In this document: in pieces, positions 26,640-33,771 of the stretch
Numbering within the stretch: the stretch's first letter is position 1
Layout of the letters: every line of letters begins with the position of its first letter
The notes under the pieces: model-generated
What the model saw: only the letters and a program-made list of their open reading frames with translations
Told to the model about the DNA's origin: nothing
Database searches by the model: none
Source: Bacteroidota bacterium
GTDB taxonomy: Bacteria > Bacteroidota > Bacteroidia > Bacteroidales > JADFUO01
Assembly: GCA_030610255.1 (NCBI GenBank)
Contig: JAUWSB010000003.1
Coordinates: 1 to 33,771 of the forward strand
Length of the DNA stretch: 33,771 nucleotides
Direction: 5' to 3'
Made by a program: the position numbers and the translations under genes

Positions 26640-27416
26640 TTATCCTGCGCCATCAAGCCATACTTTAATTGGAAATACTTTATCCCTGCTTACTATGATT
26701 TCCTTATCAAAATCCCAGTTTAAAATGATTCTTAACCGGCTGTTTGAATAAACTATTACATCTTTGATGGCATTAATATTAATAATAAACGACCTGTTAG
26801 GTCTGAAAAACATTACCGGGTCTAAGCATGATTCCAGTTCTTCCAGCCTGAAATCAACAATATATTTATTTTGCTTGTTTGTTAGCAGGTAAACTGTTCT
26901 TCCTTCTGCATAAAAAAGGGAAATGTTTTCTGTTTTAACTGATTTGATATGGTCACCGACCTTTATCATGAATCGGGTCTTATAGGACTTGTTAAGTTGA
27001 AGCAAAGCTTTGCCAAGTTCCTCGTATTCCAATCGCTGCCTGTTAAAAGGAAGGTTTTCCCTGAGGCTTTTGATTTTTTCCATGCTACGGTAAAAATCAT
27101 CATAAGATAGTGGCTTTAACAGGTAATCAATACTATTAACTTTAAAAGCCCGGATAGCATATTCGTTATAGGCTGTGATAAAAATTACAGGTGTATTAAT
27201 ATCGATTTTGTCAAAAACCTCGAAACTAAGCCCATCCGTTAGCTGGATGTCCATAAACATCAGATCTGGATGATTCTCGGGAATATTAAGGAATTCAACT
27301 GTTTTTTCAATAGTACCGAACTTGCCTGAAATCTCAATCTCCGGATCATAATTTTTTATCATCTGTTCAAGCTTGTCAGCAGCCGGTTTTTCATCTTCAA
27401 CAATAATAACTTTCAT
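26640..27416 (-). CDS. LytR/AlgR-family response regulator
   Basis: Receiver VEDE, FMDIQL, FITAY, DYLLKP; LytTR domain FFRPNRSFIIN, VSRDK. Confidence 0.93.
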   Translation of the reverse strand: MKVIIVEDEKPAADKLEQMIKNYDPEIEISGKFGTIEKTVEFLNIPENHPDLMFMDIQLTDGLSFEVFDKIDINTPVIFITAYNEYAIRAFKVNSIDYLLKPLSYDDFYRSMEKIKSLRENLPFNRQRLEYEELGKALLQLNKSYKTRFMIKVGDHIKSVKTENISLFYAEGRTVYLLTNKQNKYIVDFRLEELESCLDPVMFFRPNRSFIININAIKDVIVYSNSRLRIILNWDFDKEIIVSRDKVFPIKVWLDGAG

Positions 27417-27473
27417 GTTTTAATGGATTAGAGTTTTCAAACTAATAACTGTTTTTTTATCTTTACTTCTCAA

Positions 27474-27501
27474 CCTCACGACCGAAGGAAGTCCGTATGG
27501 A
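27474..27501 (+). repeat. REP-like unit CCTYACRACCGNAGG..GTCCGTATGGA
   Basis: Homologous to 13790-13817, 20039-20067 and (inverted) 13707-13734. Confidence 0.65.
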
Positions 27502-27521
27502 GCCTTTACCTTAAAATTCAA

Positions 27522-28568
27522 CTAATTTTCTTCTTCTATCTCCAACAGAGGTATTTCAAAAAACCGTAATTGTCCTTCTTCCCGAATAATGAATCCGCTA
27601 TGCGAATAATATTCATAAGCCTTTCTGATAAAATCTATACGGTTATTCTTAGTGCTAAAGTCCATAAGATGCTTTTTTAATTTGTAACTTATATTAACTG
27701 AATTTTTGTTATTTTTAATCATTATTTCAAGTGGCAAATTTTTTGTAATGATGTTTTCCGTTGCAGCTTTTTCAAAAATTGCAAGAAAAACTCCCGGCAC
27801 TATGCCCAAATTTAAAATATCGTTATCAATTTGAATATTGCATTTTATTTTTCCGTGAAAACGGATATTTAAAACATTCAACAAGTATTTAACCGACTCA
27901 AGTTCTTCCTTTAGAGTTACTAAATCATTATGTTTATTATCAAGGGTATAACGGTATATTTTTGATAAATCATTGATCAAGTCATCGGCTGACTTTTTAT
28001 CCCTGTATAATTCTGAAATTATCGTTTCAAGACTTTGAAAAAGTAATTCAGGATTTATCTGATTTTTATATGCCTGTAACTCAATTTCAAGATTCTCTCT
28101 TAGCTTTTGTTCTTTCAAAACCCTGTCTTCATTTTTCAGATTCAGTAAAATTATGCTGAAGAAAAAAAGGTTATAGAAAAAAACGGTTAACAGATATAAA
28201 ATGTTAAAAGTAATTAATTCAGTCCTGATAGTGCTGAATCCTTCAATAAAAATGAAATAAAAAAATAATATTAATGAGACAAGAATAACAGATAAAAGGG
28301 AAGTTAAAGTTATTTGGAGAAGAATCCTGATTTTTAAATTTCGTGTAACGGGATATATTTTATTTAATAATACAATGCATAACCGTAGACTTTCTGATAA
28401 AAAAAATGTTAAAACAATAACAAACAATACCTCGCTGCTGAAGAAATTCTTTATGATCATATTAACCGAATCAAAGAACATCAGGATGAGCAAATATATT
28501 AATATCCCATAGAGTATAGGAGTCACAAGCCTAAAAACCACATTGTTATAAAAAAGTTGTCTGTTCAA
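27522..28568 (-). CDS. LytS-type membrane sensor kinase homologue with degenerate catalytic motifs
   Basis: About 4 TM helices; H-box reads QINPELLFQSL instead of PHFLFN; IYRYTL, LVTLKEEL retained; N-box reads IFEKAATEN. Confidence 0.8.
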   Translation of the reverse strand: MNRQLFYNNVVFRLVTPILYGILIYLLILMFFDSVNMIIKNFFSSEVLFVIVLTFFLSESLRLCIVLLNKIYPVTRNLKIRILLQITLTSLLSVILVSLILFFYFIFIEGFSTIRTELITFNILYLLTVFFYNLFFFSIILLNLKNEDRVLKEQKLRENLEIELQAYKNQINPELLFQSLETIISELYRDKKSADDLINDLSKIYRYTLDNKHNDLVTLKEELESVKYLLNVLNIRFHGKIKCNIQIDNDILNLGIVPGVFLAIFEKAATENIITKNLPLEIMIKNNKNSVNISYKLKKHLMDFSTKNNRIDFIRKAYEYYSHSGFIIREEGQLRFFEIPLLEIEEEN

Positions 28569-29643
28569 TTTTTTCAGTTATTAATGGTAATTTAACGGTA
28601 AAATATTTATTAGCAGATACAAGGATTTCTTTGTCAGTAAAAAAATTATACCTCTTTTTTATATTTTCCAGCCCGATTTTATGAGATGTATTTTTTTTAG
28701 GTCTGTCAACAAGTTTTTGTCCGATTTTTATAAGCTCGGATTTTGGAATATAGTTATTTCTAACCACCAAATATTTTTGGTTCTCGGAAAATATTTCAAT
28801 CAGCATTGGATTATCTTCGGAAATAGCATTGTGCTTCAAAGCATTTTCAACAAGCATTTGCAGGACAAGTGGAGGTATGAATAATTTTTTCTCATAAGGA
28901 GAAATATTAATTTTCAAATCAATATATTCTTCATACTTTATCTTCTGCAATGAATAATAAGTAAAAACAGCATCGAGTTCATCATATAAAAAAACCAGCT
29001 TTTGTTCGTTGGTTTTTAGAATATATTGATACATAATTGCAAGATTTCTGATAAATAATTCAGCAGAGTTAATATCACTGTATATTAATGATGATATGTT
29101 ATTCAATGAATTGAAGAGGTAATGGGGGCTCAACTGGCTCTTCAGGGCATCAAACTGTAGTCGTATTTGTTCTCGTTCGATTTTTATTGATTCAATTCTG
29201 ACAACCGAATACTGATTAAAAGAAAATATGGAAAAATTTATGACCGTGTAAATATAAACAACGGCAAGGGAAATGATTAAAAACTTAATGATAGCATCAC
29301 GGTAAACAAACCAGAAACTACCTCCATCATCCAAAGGTATAGCATGTTTAAAGAAAACCAAACTCAGGATAAAACCCATTACAATAATAATTATCAGACT
29401 GATGCCTGCTTCGGCAAGAAAACGAATAGTTAGACGCTTGTTCCATGATAAATACCTGTTTAACCGGTGGCTAACTAAAAAGATTAATATTCCGGTGATG
29501 TTTGCTGCAACTATGGTAAACAGTAAGCCTGTCCGGTTTTCTGCTGTGTTCGGAACTGTGCCGGCTTCGCTGTAAATAAGATAAACAAATACAGCAACAG
29601 CAAGTATTGTAGATATTATTAAGTTTCTCCAAATCCAGGACAT
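28546..29643 (-). CDS. LytS-type sensor histidine kinase
   Basis: About 4 TM helices; LKSQLSPHYLFNSLN, IPPLVLQMLVENALKHN, IGLENIKKRY. Confidence 0.92.
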   Translation of the reverse strand: MSWIWRNLIISTILAVAVFVYLIYSEAGTVPNTAENRTGLLFTIVAANITGILIFLVSHRLNRYLSWNKRLTIRFLAEAGISLIIIIVMGFILSLVFFKHAIPLDDGGSFWFVYRDAIIKFLIISLAVVYIYTVINFSIFSFNQYSVVRIESIKIEREQIRLQFDALKSQLSPHYLFNSLNNISSLIYSDINSAELFIRNLAIMYQYILKTNEQKLVFLYDELDAVFTYYSLQKIKYEEYIDLKINISPYEKKLFIPPLVLQMLVENALKHNAISEDNPMLIEIFSENQKYLVVRNNYIPKSELIKIGQKLVDRPKKNTSHKIGLENIKKRYNFFTDKEILVSANKYFTVKLPLITEKIEQTTFL

Positions 29644-29724
29644 AAAACTTTATTGTGTATGTATCTATGTTATTTTAAAATCAAGTTATTAAATTAATGT
29701 CACCTGTGGTGGAAATTAACAGAC

Positions 29725-29835
29725 AGTTTCATGTTGCAGGTTTCATGTTGCAAGTTAAAAAAAATTATTGACAAACAAACAATTGACGATTAAAAAACAC
29801 TTTGCAAATCGAATGCCTGTCCGAAGCAGGCGGGT
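29725..29835. repeat. Tandem 14-mer (GTTTCATGTTGCAR x2) and short GC-rich element
   Basis: 29726-29756 tandem; CCTGTCCG-AA-GCAGGCGGGT at 29816-29835. Confidence 0.55.
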
Positions 29836-29906
29836 TCATAAATCATCAATGCTAAATCAATTTTAACTATATATAAGTATCAATCAGAGATTAAAATTAA
29901 TCAATA

Positions 29907-31601
29907 TTAATCAATTGCTTCAATAACTCTTCTGTAATCAGTGTTGGATGTCAGGCTTCCGGCTGTTGTTTTATAGAGTTTACGGATTTCAGGGTCTTTG
30001 ATAAATTTCGTATGACTAAGTTTTATCATAACAGAAGATTTTTCTGTATTTGATGACATTTTTTTAATGCTTTCAAGTATTTTATAACATATAAATTTAT
30101 TCAGATGCTCGTTAGTTATCACTTCTCTTAAAACACGTCCATGCTCAGTATTGCTTGAAAAACTGTTAGCAGCATTGAAAAATGCATCAATAACGGATTC
30201 ATTATCATAAGGCATAAACTCGCTTGCTGAGATCATTACAGATGCCATTTCAGTATTGGATGAAAGCCTTCCTGTTTCGTTTAATAATTGAATCCATGAT
30301 TTATCATTAAGATCATACGTTTTAATTGTGTATCGCAAAACGCTTCCGGCTTCTGTATTACTCGTCATACTTCTGATAGCAATGAAATAAGCTTCATTTA
30401 CATCTTGGTTTTTAAGGTTAATGGAAACAATCGTTCTTAAAATGCTGCCTATTTCTGTATTAGAAGTCAGTTTTTTTACACTTCTTAATAAATTCACATA
30501 ATTCTCATCAGTCAAATCGCCTTTCTTTATCAGGTGGCGGAGTGTACTGCCTGCTTCTGTATTGCTTGTCATCCCATCAATGGCATTGAAGTAAGCCACA
30601 TTAACCGGGGAATTATTTATATCAAGCTTGTCAAGCGACCTCATAACAGAACCCATCTCGGTATTTGAACTAAATTTCTTTACACTCATAAGCAATCTAG
30701 CATAAGCCTGGTTGTTTAATTTCTGGGTCTTTTCCAGATTTCTTAGTACACTTCCGCGTTCCGTATTGCTCGTCATTTTATCTACACAGGCAAAATAAGC
30801 TTCTGTTACCTTTGGATCTTCAAAATCGATTTTTGTTGAAATATTTTTTAAAATTGAGCCTCTTTCCGTATTTGAAGATAATTTTGAAATGCTTTGAAAA
30901 TAGACTACTGCAGTTGTGTTGTTTTTCATGAATAGATCAGAGTATTTACGGAACAACCTGCCACGTTCTGTATTAGAGCTAATCTCACTTGCAATTGTTG
31001 AGCAAGCAGAAACTAATTCATTATCATTTAAACTAATATTTTCCAGTAATGCTTCAAAATATTTTGCCATCACTGAATTAGAAGGTATCTCGTGAATTTC
31101 CTCAATAAAACCATCAATACCTTTTTGCCTGTAAATCCGTTTTGTCCTGCCTACTGCGTCAATACCAGTGATATGGATAACCTCAAGTAATACATCAGCA
31201 AGCCATTTCCTGCCATCCGGCTCAAAGGGAATTTCCTTTCTGCCTTCATAATATTCGTAGCTCAGTTCCCCATTCGAATTACTTTCAATAATAATAGTCC
31301 TTTTATTTCCGAATGTTCTTTTGCTGATTTTGATATACCCGCCCGGTGAAATACTCTTGATACCAGTGTCGTCATCATTTACACTAATATCGCCTTTAAC
31401 CTGGATATCAAAAGAGGAGAAAACATTGGAATATCTATATTGCTTTTTACCATCCTGATATTTTTGAAAATAAATTTCATATGAGGAATTGCTGCTATCT
31501 GAATTTTGTCGGTCTGCAAAAACATTTGTAATCAATAAAGTGTTTATCAGAATTAAACACGAAAATATTGAAGCTGTGGATTTAAATTTCATTGCTTTCA
31601 T
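29907..31601 (-). CDS. Secreted hypothetical protein with 12 helical (HEAT-like) repeats carrying an (S/T)SNTE motif
   Basis: Signal peptide ending VFA; N-terminal beta domain (DDDTGIKSISPGGY); repeats of about 35-37 aa, e.g. SSNTERG, TSNTEAG, SSNTEMA, TSNTDYR. Confidence 0.8.
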   Translation of the reverse strand: MKAMKFKSTASIFSCLILINTLLITNVFADRQNSDSSNSSYEIYFQKYQDGKKQYRYSNVFSSFDIQVKGDISVNDDDTGIKSISPGGYIKISKRTFGNKRTIIIESNSNGELSYEYYEGRKEIPFEPDGRKWLADVLLEVIHITGIDAVGRTKRIYRQKGIDGFIEEIHEIPSNSVMAKYFEALLENISLNDNELVSACSTIASEISSNTERGRLFRKYSDLFMKNNTTAVVYFQSISKLSSNTERGSILKNISTKIDFEDPKVTEAYFACVDKMTSNTERGSVLRNLEKTQKLNNQAYARLLMSVKKFSSNTEMGSVMRSLDKLDINNSPVNVAYFNAIDGMTSNTEAGSTLRHLIKKGDLTDENYVNLLRSVKKLTSNTEIGSILRTIVSINLKNQDVNEAYFIAIRSMTSNTEAGSVLRYTIKTYDLNDKSWIQLLNETGRLSSNTEMASVMISASEFMPYDNESVIDAFFNAANSFSSNTEHGRVLREVITNEHLNKFICYKILESIKKMSSNTEKSSVMIKLSHTKFIKDPEIRKLYKTTAGSLTSNTDYRRVIEAID

Positions 31602-31676
31602 TTTAAAAATATTTTATATTAAACATTTATTTGATTGGTACAAAATTGTAATAAATTAAAGGGATAAAAAAACGAT

Positions 31677-31727
31677 TTGTTTTGAACCGTTGAAAAAATG
31701 TAGTGAATTGCAGGATAGATGTAGTGA
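31677..31727. promoter_or_regulatory. LytTR-type direct-repeat operator
   Basis: ATGTAGTGA at 31698-31706 and 31719-31727 (12-bp spacer); degenerate TTGTTTTGA one period earlier at 31677-31685. Confidence 0.65.
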
Positions 31728-31745
31728 GCTTGGCTGAAATTTATT

Positions 31746-31753
31746 TATCTTTG
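31746..31753 (+). promoter_or_regulatory. -7 box for the glycosidase gene
   Basis: TATCTTTG 4 nt before ATG 31758. Confidence 0.5.
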
Positions 31754-31757
31754 TATT

Positions 31758-33771
31758 ATGAAGACTTTTATATCAAAAATAATTAAAAAATTAAAGTATA
31801 TTAATTTATTGATTTTAATATCAGTATTATTGTTTCTGATGGCTTTTTCAAAATATAAAAACACATGGCCTCATCCGATACCGTGCCGTATTAAAAATAG
31901 TACGAATCCCGAATTATTTATTATGACTCTCGGTGATGTGAAAACCAAATTATCCCAGGGAATTTTTTATCCTGATAAGGATTTGGTTACCCTGAATGAT
32001 GGAACAAAAATCAAAGACTATTACAAAGAAACTTTAGAAATAAAATACTTCAAACCGATTGATAAATTAAATTTCCCATTACCTCCATCAGGCTGGTGTT
32101 CGTGGTATTACTATTATCAGGAAATTTCGGCAGACGAAATAAAGAAAAACGCCAAATGGCTTGCTGAAAACCTGAAAGAATATGGCGGCATTTATTGTCA
32201 GATTGATGACGGATGGCAGGGAACCGGGCATGGACTTGGCGAAAACCGCGACTGGACAACCATTGATAAACGGTTTCCCGAAGGCATGAAAGAACTTGCA
32301 ACATTCATCCGCGAATTAGGATTATTGCCCGGCATCTGGTTGGCGCCACATGGTCAAAGCAACAGGGGAGTTGTTGATAAATGGAACGCGTTTCTTTTAA
32401 AAGAAGACGGCACCACAGCTTCCGACACTTGGGAAGGAACATATCTGGTTGATCCTACTGCCTCTGATGCAGATAAATACATAAAAGATTTATTCAATAC
32501 CATGGCAGATAAATGGGGCTATGATTATTTTAAAATTGACGGGCAGCCAATTGTTATCAACGAGTATAAAAAGAAACAATCGTTTATGAAAAACTCTGAT
32601 GAAGATCCTGTTGAATTATATCGCCATACTTTAAACACCATTCGCGAAGCAATTGGAGAGGAACACTATTTGCTAGGCTGCTGGGGCATCCCGCTTGATG
32701 GTATCGGGATAATGAACGGTTCGCGAACAGGTGGAGATGTTTTCCTTGATTGGGATGAAGGATTCATAACTGCCGTTAATGCAACTATGTCTTATTATTA
32801 CCTGCATAACATAGCCTGGTATTGCGACCCTGATGTGATGTGTGTGCGTTCACCTTTAACCATGGATATGGCTCGTGCATGGGCAACATTGCAGGGTTTG
32901 ACAGGTCAGGGATTGATGGATAGCGACAGGTTAATGGATCTGTCCCCCGAACGTGTTGAGATAATGAAAAGGGTTTACCCTGCAGTTGACATACGGCCTC
33001 TTGATTTATTTCCATCAAAAAGGAATAAAAAAATCTGGGATTTGAAAATAAATCATCTCGGAAGAAATTATGATGTTGCCGGATGTTTTAATTATGAAGA
33101 AAACAAGACAGATGTCGTTCATCTTAACTGGGAAGAGCTGGGTTTGCCTGCAAATGCCAAAGTTCATGTTTTTGATTTCTGGAACGAAGAATATCTGGGA
33201 TGCTGGGAAAAAGGATATTTTGCTCATTTGGCACCTGCAAGTTGCCAGGTTTTAACTTTGATGGTTGCCGAAGAATATCCCCAATTAATTTCTACAAACC
33301 GGCACATAACTCAAGGTTGGGTTGATTTGATTGAGTGTAACTATGATGAAAAAAACAATACTTATTCTGGCGAAAGCCAGGTAATCGGGAACGATACCTA
33401 TGAATTACGATTTGTTTTCCCCCGCGAGGGAAAGACTTATCGAGTGAAATCTGCTGTAGCTGAAAACCTGAAGGCAGTTATTAATAACCATCAGGGCTGG
33501 GCGAGTATTAGGTTTACAAGTCCGGAATCAAAAAAAATATCATGGAAGGTAATTTTTGAACCAACTGAAATATATACTTATCCTGTTAATAAACCATATA
33601 AAATTAATATTGAGCCGCTTGGCTTCAACGCGGTGAAATTATCATGGTTTCCAAATTATTATTTAACTGCCGGGTACAACGTTTATTACAATAATGAGTT
33701 ACTTGGATTGACGCCTGAAAGCAATGTTATTTTGCGAAACCTGAATTTTTCGGAAAATGATTCCATTGAAA
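31758..33771 (+). CDS. Clan GH-D (GH36/GH27-like) alpha-galactosidase-type glycosidase, secreted, 3' end outside window (not in ORF track)
   Basis: Hand translation: N-terminal basic and hydrophobic segment; PSGWCSWYYY, QIDDGWQ, RFPEGM, PGIWLAP, GYDYFKIDG (nucleophile Asp), WYCDPD. Confidence 0.85.
   Translation, partial: MKTFISKIIKKLKYINLLILISVLLFLMAFSKYKNTWPHPIPCRIKNSTNPELFIMTLGDVKTKLSQGIFYPDKDLVTLNDGTKIKDYYKETLEIKYFKPIDKLNFPLPPSGWCSWYYYYQEISADEIKKNAKWLAENLKEYGGIYCQIDDGWQGTGHGLGENRDWTTIDKRFPEGMKELATFIRELGLLPGIWLAPHGQSNRGVVDKWNAFLLKEDGTTASDTWEGTYLVDPTASDADKYIKDLFNTMADKWGYDYFKIDGQPIVINEYKKKQSFMKNSDEDPVELYRHTLNTIREAIGEEHYLLGCWGIPLDGIGIMNGSRTGGDVFLDWDEGFITAVNATMSYYYLHNIAWYCDPDVMCVRSPLTMDMARAWATLQGLTGQGLMDSDRLMDLSPERVEIMKRVYPAVDIRPLDLFPSKRNKKIWDLKINHLGRNYDVAGCFNYEENKTDVVHLNWEELGLPANAKVHVFDFWNEEYLGCWEKGYFAHLAPASCQVLTLMVAEEYPQLISTNRHITQGWVDLIECNYDEKNNTYSGESQVIGNDTYELRFVFPREGKTYRVKSAVAENLKAVINNHQGWASIRFTSPESKKISWKVIFEPTEIYTYPVNKPYKINIEPLGFNAVKLSWFPNYYLTAGYNVYYNNELLGLTPESNVILRNLNFSENDSIE

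Noticed and set aside
77-33255. Numerous short ORFs antisense or out of frame within larger genes (e.g. 776-1090, 1197-1835, 2999-3418, 20763-21212, 32050-32304, 33070-33255)
   Set aside because: Shadow ORFs of well-supported CDSs, with no recognisable motifs

Overview
AT-rich window from a Bacteroidota genome, probably an anaerobic Bacteroidales-like organism (TAnnTTTG -7 promoter boxes, class I hcp, PorT-like and DUF4421 barrels). It has four blocks. (1) 1-19.7 kb is a cell-envelope island: three tandem DUF1254/DUF1214 lipoproteins, a POTRA-less Omp85 barrel, a stand-alone double-Cache protein with an NCS2 permease, two more barrels, and a minus-strand run of DUF2092, DUF6515-like protein, Cys-type arylsulfatase, HAD lipoprotein, cytochrome b, Tat-Rieske, octaheme c/TPR protein and DUF4421. 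(2) 20.5-26.6 kb is a nitrosative-stress module: hcp, a 4Fe-4S protein, a DUF1858-2xDUF2249-solute-binding fusion, a ferredoxin and a Crp/Fnr regulator, with two identically positioned TGTAAC-N4-GTTACA operators. (3) 26.6-31.6 kb is a LytTR module with one intact and one degenerate LytS-type kinase, downstream of a secreted 12x SNTE-repeat protein whose upstream region has 21-bp-period direct repeats. (4) A clan GH-D glycosidase runs off the right edge. Most larger intergenic gaps carry small repeat elements, including 6/7/9-mer arrays, GNA-triloop REP-like units and a ~0.5 kb segment bounded by a perfect 31-bp inverted repeat. No rRNA, tRNA, CRISPR array, integrase or transposase was recognised. 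Domain names come from motif recognition by eye, not database searches.
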